A stretch of 64,000 nt of DNA from a virus (IMGVR_UViG_3300042922_000270), one strand, 5' to 3'; shown: positions 1 to 8,982, numbered from the stretch's first letter. Numbers and translations are program-made. Notes: generated from the sequence alone by a model not told the origin.

Positions 1-27
1 TCACAAGCATATCCTTTCTCTGAATAG

Positions 28-100
28 TGCCCAAGGAGAGATTTGAACTCTCAACCACAGCTATCTCATAACTGCCGCACTGCCGTTAGCGTACTTGGGC
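28..100 (-). tRNA. tRNA-Leu(GAG), short variable loop
   Basis: Acceptor GCCCAAG/CTTGGGC, T-arm GAGAG-TTCAAAT-CTCTC, anticodon arm CAGTT-ATGAGAT-AGCTG. Confidence 0.8.
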
Positions 101-114
101 GGAGTAGAGGAGCC

Positions 115-600
115 TTAGGGCTCCCCCGTCCAGACCTTATCTCCAGACTCAGTATGTTCGATTGAGGCAAGCCAGTTACCATTCTCATCACTGAGATACG
201 TATACCAGTTCTTACCGCAACAACCACCACCGTTGAGAATATCACACGAGTAGCGGCCGTCTTCACCGATCAACTGAATGCTTTCGATTCGGCCTGTGTC
301 CTGGTCTAAGGTAACTTTCGCACCCTTAACAATAGCATTGCCAAGGAAACAATCGTTAATCTTACTACCAGGTCGAGCATAGCGATACAGCCAGTTCAAG
401 AGTTCACGGTCACGGTCAGCATCACTCCAGCGTCTGTTATAACGCAGGTGAGCCTTACGGGCACGCTTAAGACTCTTAATCTTCTTGTATGGCCTATAGC
501 GGCTTAGCCAGTCGGAATCTCCTAGCCAGCCTCTAATTTGCTCTTGTTTAGTCTCACGACTACGGATGTACTTAATTTCCATCCAGGGTTTTGGTCTCAT
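115..600 (-). CDS. hypothetical protein
   Basis: 161-aa ORF co-oriented with neighbours. Confidence 0.6.
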   Translation of the reverse strand: MRPKPWMEIKYIRSRETKQEQIRGWLGDSDWLSRYRPYKKIKSLKRARKAHLRYNRRWSDADRDRELLNWLYRYARPGSKINDCFLGNAIVKGAKVTLDQDTGRIESIQLIGEDGRYSCDILNGGGCCGKNWYTYLSDENGNWLASIEHTESGDKVWTGEP

Positions 601-657
601 AGTAATACCTTCTAAGTATTGATTGCGGGATTCAGCAGCCGCGATAATACGTAGAGG

Positions 658-894
658 TTACCTACGAGAGTAGATAGGGTGTCCCCCATCCAGTACCTGC
701 CAGCCTGTCTTCTGTGAAAGAACACGCTTGTAGGCGGTCTTGCACAAACACAGATTGACGGGTATCGGCTCACCCCTCTGGGCGTGCTGTACTCTCTTAG
801 CAAAAGTACGTGCAGCTTCAAGGTTCTGCCTGATATTCCCTTTGTGTTTAAGGGAATCTTCTAAGAGCCTTAGAACGATATCTATGTCTCTCAT
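658..894 (-). CDS. hypothetical protein
   Basis: Start moved to ATG 894, which overlaps the upstream stop (ATGA). Confidence 0.55.
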   Translation of the reverse strand: MRDIDIVLRLLEDSLKHKGNIRQNLEAARTFAKRVQHAQRGEPIPVNLCLCKTAYKRVLSQKTGWQVLDGGHPIYSRR

Positions 895-1091
895 GAAGTC
901 TGTACCACCTGATAGTAGCCAAGACCGGAGTCCCAGCCACAATATGTGATGTTCATCTGTTCGGTCAGGTCATACCCAAGAGCCTTCAGAGCCTTAGGAA
1001 GACTGCCAGTAGCAATCAGATGATGGAACTCACCAGTCTTAATCTTAACGACCCTTGTAGGGCCTTCAGCAGTGACAGTGGCGTTTACCAT
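891..1091 (-). CDS. hypothetical protein
   Basis: 66-aa ORF coupled to neighbours. Confidence 0.55.
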   Translation of the reverse strand: MVNATVTAEGPTRVVKIKTGEFHHLIATGSLPKALKALGYDLTEQMNITYCGWDSGLGYYQVVQTS

Positions 1092-1447
1092 ACATACACC
1101 AAGTGGTTATCAATGTGAGTGTTCATCTGGTCTGCTATGAACAGTACCAGACAAGGGTCACAGGGAGCTAGCTCGACAAACAAGTCAGGCCTAGCTCTCT
1201 TTACATCGTTGTTAGATTTGAACAGGCCCAGGTCTACCAAAGCCTTAGGCAAGAACAGAGACATACCTTCTTCACGAACGATGTCATGCTCTTGGACGGT
1301 TGAGAAAGGAGGCTTAGCGTATCCCCAAACCCAGTCACCTGTCCAGATCTTTATGTTCTTAGGACCTGTAGCGGTGAAGTGCTTGATGAACTTCTTACCG
1401 GTTAGCCCTTGGGTTTGGGCTATCAGTTCTTCTTTCGTCATACTCAT
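1085..1447 (-). CDS. hypothetical protein with S4-like RNA-binding segment
   Basis: LPKALVDLGLFKSNNDVKR resembles the S4-like motif of the TyrRS C-terminus; AGAAAGG SD before ATG 1447. Confidence 0.5.
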   Translation of the reverse strand: MSMTKEELIAQTQGLTGKKFIKHFTATGPKNIKIWTGDWVWGYAKPPFSTVQEHDIVREEGMSLFLPKALVDLGLFKSNNDVKRARPDLFVELAPCDPCLVLFIADQMNTHIDNHLVYVW

Positions 1448-1571
1448 AGCCTTTCTAAAATGGCCGAGGATCGGTCTGGGGGATATAACATAGTCGTCCC
1501 ACAACTAAAGAAATATCTTTCTTATTAATAATAAGCGACCGCCCCGACGGTTATAATCCTTACGGATTGAG

Positions 1572-1652
1572 TGCTCAAGGCCGGACTCGAACCGGCACGC
1601 CCGAAGGCACTAGTTCCTAAAACTAGCGTGTCTGCCATTCCACCACTTGAGC
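1572..1652 (-). tRNA. tRNA-Leu(TAG)
   Basis: CTAGT-TTTAGGA-ACTAG, long variable arm, GGTTCGAGTCC. Confidence 0.95.
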
Positions 1653-1685
1653 GTGGTTGGGGAGAACTTAATCTCCCCGATGTTG

Positions 1686-2084
1686 TTAGCTCTTGGCCAG
1701 AACCTCGACCAGAACCTTGTAAGGAGCCTTGTTAGGGTCATCCACAGTCTCGTCGTTCAGGTAGTTTTCGAGAGCCTTCTCCAACTTCTGGAGCTTCTCG
1801 ATGTTCTCCTTCTTGGTCTTGAGGGTGGCCGGCGTGAAGAACTCTTCCTTGATCTCTTCGCCATTGACGACCTTGATCTTGGTCTCGTCGGGCTTGACCT
1901 TGTTGATCTCCGACTTCAGACTCTTGACCTTGTCCATGGCCTTAGCCAGGGTCTCAGTTCGAGCCTGGACTTCCTTCTCCGCTTGTCCATCCACGTAACG
2001 CTGCCGTACGGTAGGCGTCGAATTTGCGATTAGCTCGGAGATCTGGGCATTGACCGCAGAGGCAGTCTGACGAGTAGTAGTCAT
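1686..2084 (-). CDS. hypothetical coiled-coil protein
   Basis: 132 aa, GAAAGGA SD, strong codon bias. Confidence 0.75.
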   Translation of the reverse strand: MTTTRQTASAVNAQISELIANSTPTVRQRYVDGQAEKEVQARTETLAKAMDKVKSLKSEINKVKPDETKIKVVNGEEIKEEFFTPATLKTKKENIEKLQKLEKALENYLNDETVDDPNKAPYKVLVEVLAKS

Positions 2085-2386
2085 ACCGTTTCCTTTCAGT
2101 GAACCTTATCAAGTTGTGGTGGTCTACATAGGAGTCTACAGCGGAGCATGAATTCGTAGGTTTGTATCCATATCTCCAGATGTCTCTCTCCATTCTATGG
2201 AGCCTGATCTTACTAAGAGTGTATCTGACTCGCTCTATTGTCCTCGGACAAGTGTCAGGATTACTCTCTAGTAATTCAAGGTACTTCATGAGAACGTCAG
2301 GTAGTCTGTCATTAACAGCCTGATCGATCTCCTGTTGAAGTCGGTCGATGATGTCAGTCATGATCATCCTTCTCTGATGGGTGTAG

Positions 2387-2471
2387 TGCTCAAGGAGGGA
2401 GTCGAACCCACACGGAACTTAATCCACTGGAACCTAAATCCAGCGCGTCTTGGCCATTTCGCCACTTGAGC
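2387..2471 (-). tRNA. tRNA-Leu(TAG), second copy
   Basis: CTGGA-TTTAGGT-TCCAG, long variable arm. Confidence 0.95.
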
Positions 2472-2474
2472 TTG

Positions 2475-2776
2475 GTGGGAGGACAGAGCACTCTGTCTTG
2501 TTCGCTAGCCTCTATAGTGTGTCGTAGCGCCTTAGGGTATACACCCACAGCTAACTACCGTCCCTATACAAAGGTTACTCCTCAGTCACGAACCTTTAGT
2601 TCCTCTCGCGCCCCGGTATCTTGGGGCTCTTTTATCAATCATCTTGGCTTAACTACTGGGGCGGAGGTCGCGCCATTAGCTGTCTCCTTTCTATAGGGGA
2701 GTCTCTATACTCCCCCTTAGGGGATGGGCTAACTCCGTCGATAGGTGATCAAGTCTATCTTCGTCTATGTTAGCCG
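2475..2776 (-). ncRNA. putative structured RNA containing mini-ORF MARPPPQ
   Basis: No long ORF between two tRNAs; nested helices GGCTAAC/GTTAGCC, ACAGCTAA/TTAGCTGT, AAAGGTT/AACCTTT, GACAGAG/CTCTGTC. Confidence 0.55.
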
Positions 2777-2778
2777 AG

Positions 2779-2859
2779 TGCTGGAGGTAGGATTCGAACC
2801 TACGAAGCTTACGCAGCCGATTTACAGTCGGCCCCCTTTGACCACTTGGGTACTCCAGC
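2779..2859 (-). tRNA. tRNA-Tyr(GTA)
   Basis: CCGA-CTGTAAA-TCGG, long variable arm. Confidence 0.95.
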
Positions 2860-3042
2860 GAGATGTTTAATAATCTTTATTGTGGTAGGAGCGTTCAAAC
2901 TCCCATCTCTTATCGATTATCTTGTTGAGGTGGTAGTTCTTGCTGTCATAGTACATCATGACCAGAACACCACCACACACGAAAGAAAGGGCATACATCG
3001 CAAGAAATCCTATTTCGAATAACATACAAACCTTTCTTTAGG

Positions 3043-3116
3043 TACCGCAGGCGGGACTTGAACCCGCAACACCGATATTTTGAGTATCGGATCACTGCCA
3101 ATTAGATTACTGCGGC
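3043..3116 (-). tRNA. tRNA-Leu(CAA), short variable loop
   Basis: CGATA-CTCAAAA-TATCG; T-arm GCGGG-TTCAAGT-CCCGC. Confidence 0.85.
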
Positions 3117-3122
3117 ACAGCG

Positions 3123-3320
3123 CTAATCATCCCAATAGTAGGGATCCTTCTCCCGAGTCAGCAGTAGATAAACACTACCCGCTGCAATCAGGAATGAGAA
3201 CGTCCAGTTGTAGAAGTCTTGTAACTTCACAGCGGCCGTAAAGAAGCCATAAAGTAGTAGCCATACAGGGATGGTGAATACTACGAATTTGACTACTAGC
3301 CTGATAGTCTCTTTAGTCAT
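3123..3320 (-). CDS. small membrane protein
   Basis: Two hydrophobic segments, AGAAAGG SD. Confidence 0.65.
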   Translation of the reverse strand: MTKETIRLVVKFVVFTIPVWLLLYGFFTAAVKLQDFYNWTFSFLIAAGSVYLLLTREKDPYYWDD

Positions 3321-3362
3321 AAAGACCTTTCTCTGATATCTCTGAATTGGGGTGATTAAAAG

Positions 3363-3434
3363 AGGTGCCTCCCAGACTTGAACTGGGGACCTTCCCCTTA
3401 TCAGGGGGATGCTCTACCACTGAGCTAAGACACC
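3363..3434 (-). tRNA. tRNA-Ile(GAT)
   Basis: TCCCC-CTGATAA-GGGGA. Confidence 0.93.
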
Positions 3435-3465
3435 GTGTGGTTCCCTTAAGGTGGGAACCTAACCT

Positions 3466-3927
3466 TTAGATACTTACACCCTTACCTTGTAGGTAAGACT
3501 GAACTAGCTCTCTATCCTCGGCAGGGACACGCTGCAGAATAATCTGTAGCTTACGAGCTGCTAGCTGCTCTTCATTGTCATAAAGAGTCACAGGAGTAGC
3601 ACCGTCTACGGGCTCCCTGAAGGCGTTGAGTCCATCAGGTGACACATATATCGTATCAGGTCTTGAGCTGGCCTTCGTGGCCCTCTCAGTGGCCTTTAAT
3701 CGGTCAGCAGTTCTTGAGGCAGACAGCTGACTAACCAAAGGTTTGAGCTTTCTAATACCACCCAACTCTGGGTGGTTCTTGTAGAAACGGTAAGAAGGAA
3801 GGGTGTCCCTAGCTTCCTGCTGTTCCCACAGGTTATAGTTATTCACGTTCGGCAGAGAACCGTGCTTATCATTGTAGTCGCACAGTAGGCTTAGAGCCTG
3901 AGTCGAAGTCATGTTGTTGAGATCCAA
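3466..3927 (-). CDS. hypothetical protein
   Basis: 153 aa, GGAG SD before TTG. Confidence 0.6.
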   Translation of the reverse strand: MDLNNMTSTQALSLLCDYNDKHGSLPNVNNYNLWEQQEARDTLPSYRFYKNHPELGGIRKLKPLVSQLSASRTADRLKATERATKASSRPDTIYVSPDGLNAFREPVDGATPVTLYDNEEQLAARKLQIILQRVPAEDRELVQSYLQGKGVSI

Positions 3928-3990
3928 AAGGTTATTACTCCATGGTGTAAGTGTTTAATTACCTACTCAAACCATAAAGAGTAGGTGAGG

Positions 3991-4061
3991 CACGGGTAGC
4001 TGGATTTGAACCAACACCGACGGTTTTGGAGACCGTAAGACTACCGTTATCGTATACCCGC
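3991..4061 (-). tRNA. tRNA-Trp(CCA)
   Basis: ACGGT-CTCCAAA-ACCGT. Confidence 0.93.
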
Positions 4062-4094
4062 GCAAGGTAATATTAAGTTATCAAAGTTCAAAGG

Positions 4095-4165
4095 TGTACA
4101 GGAGGAGACTCGAACTCCCATATGGGGCCTACGAGGACCTTGCTCACCGCTTTAGCAGCCTGCAC
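4095..4165 (-). ncRNA. tRNA-like RNA with irregular anticodon arm
   Basis: Acceptor GTGCAGG/CCTGTAC and T-arm GGGAG-TTCGAGT-CTCCT intact; anticodon arm GGTC-CTCGTA-GGCC has a 6-nt loop. Confidence 0.6.
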
Positions 4166-4173
4166 ATACATAT

Positions 4174-4217
4174 AAAAAGAGACCACCCAGGCTTGGAGGA
4201 AGCACTAGGTGGTCTCT
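4174..4217 (-). terminator. intrinsic terminator / candidate attenuator
   Basis: AGAGACCACC...GGTGGTCTCT stem followed by a T run. Confidence 0.8.
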
Positions 4218-4242
4218 AGAGAGAGAGGGTTCAGAAGAACAA

Positions 4243-4329
4243 CTACCCCACCGTAGGCGCAAAGCAATACAGATCACTAATAAGTGACCATGAGTTGCTA
4301 AGTTGTAGGGAGTAAGTGTTAATCATCAT
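4243..4329 (-). CDS. candidate leaderless leader peptide (28 aa)
   Basis: MMINTYSLQLSNSWSLISDLYCFAPTVG; ATG lies 7 nt after a -10 box and the ORF ends just before a terminator. Confidence 0.5.
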   Translation of the reverse strand: MMINTYSLQLSNSWSLISDLYCFAPTVG

Positions 4330-4335
4330 TGCTAT

Positions 4336-4364
4336 ACCATATCATCTAAGTTAATAGATGTCAA
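4336..4364 (-). promoter_or_regulatory. sigma70-like promoter
   Basis: TTGACA-17-TATGGT with TG extension. Confidence 0.7.
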
Positions 4365-4367
4365 CAG

Positions 4368-4625
4368 TTAAATTGTAAATGCTAGTTCTAGTTCATCTTC
4401 AGTGAAGAAGCACCATATCTTAGCGCCGGAGTCTGTTTGGGTAACGATCTGGTAATGGTGATTCGGACCATAACCTAGACCATCGTAAGTATCATCTATC
4501 TCGTATACACCACCGACCATCTTCTGTTTGGTGGCTATCTCTTTCTCTTCATCATAGCCTTCATCTAGGGACCAACCCTTAATGATGACTAAGTCGCCTT
4601 CTTTATATTTATAATACTTTTCCAT
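4368..4625 (-). CDS. GDLV...FTx family KOW/SH3-like mini-protein
   Basis: YKEGDLVII ... ELELAFTI*; start moved to 4625 to avoid tRNA overlap. Confidence 0.8.
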   Translation of the reverse strand: MEKYYKYKEGDLVIIKGWSLDEGYDEEKEIATKQKMVGGVYEIDDTYDGLGYGPNHHYQIVTQTDSGAKIWCFFTEDELELAFTI

Positions 4626-4627
4626 AG

Positions 4628-4699
4628 CGGCCATACTAGGATTCGAACCTAGAATATGAGATTCGTAATCTCATGTGATATCCATTTCACTATACGGCC
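4628..4699 (-). tRNA. tRNA-Arg(ACG)
   Basis: TGAGA-TTACGAA-TCTCA. Confidence 0.93.
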
Positions 4700-4703
4700 T
4701 GAG

Positions 4704-4776
4704 AGCAGGATAGGGGATTCGAACCCCTGACGTCCGCATTGGAAGTGCGGCATTCTGGCCACTGAATTAATCCTGC
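4704..4776 (-). tRNA. tRNA-Gly(TCC)
   Basis: CCGCA-CTTCCAA-TGCGG. Confidence 0.95.
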
Positions 4777-4788
4777 AGAATAGAGTCC

Positions 4789-4817
4789 AGTGTAACACAC
4801 CAGACTCTAAAGTACAA
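4789..4817 (-). promoter_or_regulatory. sigma70-like promoter
   Basis: TTGTAC-17-TACACT directly upstream of tRNA-Gly. Confidence 0.6.
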
Positions 4818-4909
4818 GTACTTACGTACCTGCAATCCTCGTGGCTTCATCCCCAATCACGAGCTATCTTGGGAGCCCTTGTGAATCAGCCCTAAGGCCT
4901 CACAAGCTT

Positions 4910-5521
4910 TTAAATCTTAGTCGCCTGATAGTCTTGGTTATTAGTAACCAATTCATTCATGGTAACTCTAAGTAGAACCTTATCCTCAGCCACAGTGCTA
5001 AGCTCTGGTCTGGTAGGAGTAAAGGGTTCCCACTTAGCTACATCTGTAGGAGCTGCTAGGTCTGCAACAACAAAGTATGCTGCTGCAAAAGGATCAGTCC
5101 ACTCAGCTACTAGGTCATCTGGAGACTCTGAGCTATCTTCGTTCTTAACGCCACAGTCCCAGACTTCGTAGCCAAAGTCGAACAGTACCTCAGGTCTAGT
5201 GACTTTAAACTTATTCTCAGATGACTTCTGAACAATCTTACAACGTTGGCCTTGTCTGTTCATGTACATACCATTGACGGTAAGCACAAGATCAGGAGCA
5301 GTAGGATTAGTAGGCTTCTCAGGAATACTAACAACTAGATTGGCGTGTAGAGGGTTATCAGCTACACCGTCTAGGTAGAAGTATTGAATCTCACCTGTGC
5401 TGGTATCCATAGCAACAACATCAGGACCTGAACCAGGCCTATCGTTTACTAGAATCTTAAAGACAGTGCCGTTAGTGTTCTTTACATCTGACCCCACAGT
5501 TAGGGGGATACTTATTGCCAT
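4910..5521 (-). CDS. hypothetical protein, two internally similar beta-rich domains
   Basis: LTVGSDVKNTNG...KIL and LTVNGMYMNRQG...KIV. Confidence 0.7.
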   Translation of the reverse strand: MAISIPLTVGSDVKNTNGTVFKILVNDRPGSGPDVVAMDTSTGEIQYFYLDGVADNPLHANLVVSIPEKPTNPTAPDLVLTVNGMYMNRQGQRCKIVQKSSENKFKVTRPEVLFDFGYEVWDCGVKNEDSSESPDDLVAEWTDPFAAAYFVVADLAAPTDVAKWEPFTPTRPELSTVAEDKVLLRVTMNELVTNNQDYQATKI

Positions 5522-5539
5522 TTATTAATTTCTCATTTG

Positions 5540-5803
5540 TTATGTAGTGAAGAGCACTTCAACTTCTTTAGCGTGCAAAGGTACTCGGTATACACCTATC
5601 TCCACGTGGAAGACATCAGTAGTGCCAGTTACGGTCTTAACTTCTTTTATCTGATCCTTACAGAGTTCACGCCTATATTGTATATTCTTAATGATCCTAA
5701 GTAGCTCCCCATCTAGAGACGTTTCCCGATTGTTCATGTGGGTAAAGGCTTCTAGATAGGGCAGAATATTATTACAAAGAACCAAGTCACCTACACGTAT
5801 CAT
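5540..5803 (-). CDS. GDLV...FTx family mini-protein
   Basis: MIRVGDLVLC ... EVEVLFTT*. Confidence 0.8.
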   Translation of the reverse strand: MIRVGDLVLCNNILPYLEAFTHMNNRETSLDGELLRIIKNIQYRRELCKDQIKEVKTVTGTTDVFHVEIGVYRVPLHAKEVEVLFTT

Positions 5804-6024
5804 AGATATTCGTTATTAGGCCACTTAAGGCGTTCTATAGAACGTTCAGCACTATTAAGACGTGACTCAAGGTCTTCAATCTTCTCAGCCTGGGTCTCAA
5901 TCATATGCATGAGACTTAAGATAGTCTCTCTAAAGACCTTCTGCTTAATAGTAGACAGGTCGTCGACTTCTTCTGTAAGCTTATCAGCTATATCTTGTAG
6001 TTCAGAGCTACTGAACTTAGGCAT
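5800..6024 (-). CDS. hypothetical coiled-coil protein
   Basis: Start MPKFSS at 6024 coupled to upstream stop. Confidence 0.65.
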   Translation of the reverse strand: MPKFSSSELQDIADKLTEEVDDLSTIKQKVFRETILSLMHMIETQAEKIEDLESRLNSAERSIERLKWPNNEYL

Positions 6025-6409
6025 GACGAACTCTTGAACCACCAGCAACCATGTCAGCCGTAGCATTATACATAGCACTGGTAGCTACGAAACCTGACTT
6101 CCATGACCACTCATCCATCACATACTGTGAGAACTGATTCTGGTCTAGCTCAATGACATCTTCAACAGACATCTCTAGCATAGTTACAACTTGGTTGTAG
6201 TCCTTCTCGTGGGACTTAGGATAAGCTAGTCCGGTACTATGTGAAGGTACATCACCAGCTTCTTTAGCTTCTTTCAGAAGATACTCTAGCTTATCTACTA
6301 GGACAATCTTATAGGCTTCTACAGCATCCTTGTGCTCTAGGATGTGCTTCTCTCGGTTAGTCTTAACCTTGTTTAGAAGCTCTCGACGCTCAACTTTAAC
6401 TTGATACAT
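6017..6409 (-). CDS. hypothetical protein
   Basis: 130 aa, AAGGT SD. Confidence 0.75.
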   Translation of the reverse strand: MYQVKVERRELLNKVKTNREKHILEHKDAVEAYKIVLVDKLEYLLKEAKEAGDVPSHSTGLAYPKSHEKDYNQVVTMLEMSVEDVIELDQNQFSQYVMDEWSWKSGFVATSAMYNATADMVAGGSRVRHA

Positions 6410-6419
6410 TATATTTACC

Positions 6420-6677
6420 TTATTGTGTGAAAACTAATTCTACATAATCTATGGGTAGCCAGGTATCGTACTGCTTATAATAATCATTCAACTTACACTT
6501 TACATGAACTATAAGGTCAGATGGGCAATCAGTAAAGCCCCTAGCGTACTCAGGTATGATGTTATTTTTAGGTTGTACTTTCTCTACTTCAAGTATCATC
6601 CCAACTAATATTCTAAACCTAGCTGTATGTGTTTTAGGTACCTGGTTAACTAATACCAAATCACCTGGTTGAATCAT
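6420..6677 (-). CDS. GDLV...FTx family mini-protein
   Basis: MIQPGDLVLV ... YVELVFTQ*. Confidence 0.8.
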   Translation of the reverse strand: MIQPGDLVLVNQVPKTHTARFRILVGMILEVEKVQPKNNIIPEYARGFTDCPSDLIVHVKCKLNDYYKQYDTWLPIDYVELVFTQ

Positions 6678-6722
6678 ATTTATACCTAAAATAAAAAGCC
6701 CTCCCCGAAGGGAGGACTTAAG

Positions 6723-6795
6723 TGGACCCGAGCGGACTCGAACCGCTAACATTCTGCGTGCAAGGCAGACGCTCTACCATTGGAGCTACGAGCCC
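6723..6795 (-). tRNA. tRNA-Ala(TGC)
   Basis: TCTGC-CTTGCAC-GCAGA; G3-U70 pair. Confidence 0.95.
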
Positions 6796-6827
6796 AAGAT
6801 AGCCAGGAGCGTACCCCTGACTTAATT

Positions 6828-6856
6828 ATATTACCAGATTGCGTTAGCGAGTGCAA
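6828..6856 (-). promoter_or_regulatory. sigma70-like promoter
   Basis: TTGCAC-17-TAATAT upstream of tRNA-Ala. Confidence 0.6.
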
Positions 6857-6951
6857 GCACTTTCTTAATCTCTGAATCAGTTACTGGTGTAGTCATGTCT
6901 GCTACAAGAGTAACGGTTACCTTCTGAGCTAGTCGACGACGTGCACGTAGC

Positions 6952-7212
6952 TTAGCTTTGCGATTGATCTTTGCTTTCATTTCGCCCCTCCCCAAGGCTA
7001 ACTTTGGCTATCCAATCAGATAGGTCTATAGTCCTATCAAAGTCCTCGTTACCGTCCATACAGTGGATGTATATCTTCCCATCTGGATCAAAGTCTATAG
7101 ACAAGCCCTTAGACTCATCAAACTCTATCTCCAGTCTGTATAGTTGATCTGGCTTCTGGTCCTCTGGCATACCGTCATAAGGACCAAAGAAGTCAATCAG
7201 GTGTTTAATCAC
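6952..7212 (-). CDS. hypothetical acidic protein
   Basis: Coupled ORF. Confidence 0.65.
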   Translation of the reverse strand: MIKHLIDFFGPYDGMPEDQKPDQLYRLEIEFDESKGLSIDFDPDGKIYIHCMDGNEDFDRTIDLSDWIAKVSLGEGRNESKDQSQS

Positions 7213-7561
7213 CAGTAATCTCCGCTCTGATCTCTAAGACTTTATTATTGAGGTCTACATAGAGATCAAAGGTAAGTGAGTCATCAGGGACCGCATACCA
7301 TAGGTCTTCCATATTAGTGGTGTCAGCGTTAGTATCAAATCTTACAGACATAGTCCTGGCTTTGATGCCGGCTTCGTAGTCATAAGTCATAACACCATCG
7401 CTAAGATCATAATCACATAGGTACCACTTATTCAGGTCGATACCTAAAATTTGAGTACAGTAGTGATTCATGACTCTGATGACATCAGGGTACTTAGCTT
7501 GGAAGTCTTCCCACTCCTTAGCGAAGCGAGCGTCCACTTCTTCTTGGGATGTCTTATACAT
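7205..7561 (-). CDS. hypothetical protein
   Basis: Coupled ORF. Confidence 0.7.
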   Translation of the reverse strand: MYKTSQEEVDARFAKEWEDFQAKYPDVIRVMNHYCTQILGIDLNKWYLCDYDLSDGVMTYDYEAGIKARTMSVRFDTNADTTNMEDLWYAVPDDSLTFDLYVDLNNKVLEIRAEITGD

Positions 7562-7787
7562 CGGATGCTTTACGTTGAGTCTTGTGAGCGTCCCTGTGTA
7601 GGATGATCTCTTTAGCAGTAAGCTCTACATCTGGGTAAACAGTTGAGATTACCCAACCCTCTTCCCACTCTTCACCACGCTTAACCGTAGCAACACCATT
7701 CAGGATGGCTTTATCTACTTCTACCCAGGAGTGGTCAACCTGGTCACCTTTTCTTAGTTCACATTGAACATAATATAGAGTCTTCAT
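7554..7787 (-). CDS. hypothetical protein
   Basis: Coupled ORF. Confidence 0.7.
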   Translation of the reverse strand: MKTLYYVQCELRKGDQVDHSWVEVDKAILNGVATVKRGEEWEEGWVISTVYPDVELTAKEIILHRDAHKTQRKASDV

Positions 7788-8063
7788 ACTTATACCTATT
7801 GATAAAGTGCCGGCCTACCGGCGGTATCGGATTAAAGCCACTTACCGCAGGTGTCGCAGACGTCACCGTAGTTGAGAGCTTGATGTGAAGAAGGATGAGT
7901 ACAGACACCTGTCTCAAGGATGAGCTTGAGCTTAACTAGAAGCTCTTCAGTGTCCTTGATGTGATCCTCTACTCTGGATTTATCCACCATAAGAGATCCT
8001 TTCAAATAAAAGGGTAGCCGCCCACATCAGCTACTCGCGAGACGTGCGTGGGAGGTACCCAAG

Positions 8064-8135
8064 TGGAGCTAAGGAGACTCGAACTCCTAACCCCCTCCAT
8101 GCCATGGAGGTGCGCTACCATTGCGCCATAGCCCC
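8064..8135 (-). tRNA. tRNA-Ala(GGC)
   Basis: CCTCC-ATGGCAT-GGAGG. Confidence 0.95.
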
Positions 8136-8303
8136 AGTTATGTGCTCTTAGTGGACTTGGCCATGAACGTGACCAACACGAAGAGTAACAGGAATACTAG
8201 TAGTGCTGGGTGGGTCTTACCAAGAACAAACAACCCCACTAAGGTCCCAACAAACACTACAACTTCTATGAGATCTTTCACATCTCTTCCTTTCTTTGAT
8301 TAG

Positions 8304-8377
8304 TGACCCTATGGAGACTCGAACTCCATTCTGTAGATTGAAAGTCTACCGATTTAAACCAGGTAATCTATAGGGTC
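8304..8377 (-). tRNA. tRNA-Glu(TTC)
   Basis: GTAGA-CTTTCAA-TCTAC. Confidence 0.93.
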
Positions 8378-8382
8378 TTAGG

Positions 8383-8455
8383 CAGCGATACCGGGGCTCG
8401 AACCCGGTTCTGTGGATTGAGAGTCCACCGATTTAACCACGTAATCTATATCGCC
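8383..8455 (-). tRNA. tRNA-Glu(CTC)
   Basis: GTGGA-CTCTCAA-TCCAC. Confidence 0.93.
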
Positions 8456-8459
8456 AGAG

Positions 8460-8532
8460 TGGCTCCGAAGGGACTTGAACCCCCGACACCCGGATCTTCA
8501 ATCCAGTGCTCTACCAACTGAGCTACAGAGCC
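8460..8532 (-). tRNA. tRNA-Phe(GAA)
   Basis: CTGGA-TTGAAGA-TCCGG. Confidence 0.95.
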
Positions 8533-8536
8533 AGAA

Positions 8537-8875
8537 TGGTTAACCTCTAGTGGGAAACCCCAACAGGAGCAAGTTAACCAATCGTATGAAACAAGTTGTA
8601 CGCTATTTGTTCGCCATCGTGGTGTTGATGTGGTAGCACGTACATTGGGCCTTACACTACCATCTAGCGAGGCTTACTTGTCGTTTGTAATAGGTCACAC
8701 TCTTTGATATTAACACAGCAGCATTTTCAACTACAGCTTAGACCCCGAGTGTGTGGCTACCCTTGTCTAAGGGGTATAACCTATTGAAATTAATCAGGCT
8801 ACATTCTGGTTGAAAGCTCGCACCGGGTAGGGTGTGATTAGTACAGAATGTATACGACCTTTACCAAAGGGTCTA
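8537..8875 (-). ncRNA. putative structured ncRNA(s)
   Basis: ORF-free stretch between tRNAs with nested inverted repeats (tggttaac/gttaacca, acaagt/acttgt, aataggt/acctatt, cacactc/gagtgtg, tacattctg/cagaatgta). Confidence 0.55.
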
Positions 8876-8882
8876 CCTAAAG

Positions 8883-8956
8883 AGCCCCCAGTCGGATTCG
8901 AACCGACGACCTGCTGCTTACAAGGCAGCTGCTCTGGCCAACTGAGCTATAGAGGC
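8883..8956 (-). tRNA. tRNA-Thr(TGT)
   Basis: GCTGC-CTTGTAA-GCAGC. Confidence 0.95.
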
Positions 8957-8982
8957 TAGTCCCCGCTTACGCAGGAAACTTG

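Noticed and set aside
6678-6752. ORF-track N-terminal extensions overlapping tRNAs, terminators or SD hairpins (also 4626-4634, 10471-10518, 16803-16853, 20459-20584, 37953-38018, 45050-45160)
   Set aside because: Better downstream ATGs with SD or coupling exist
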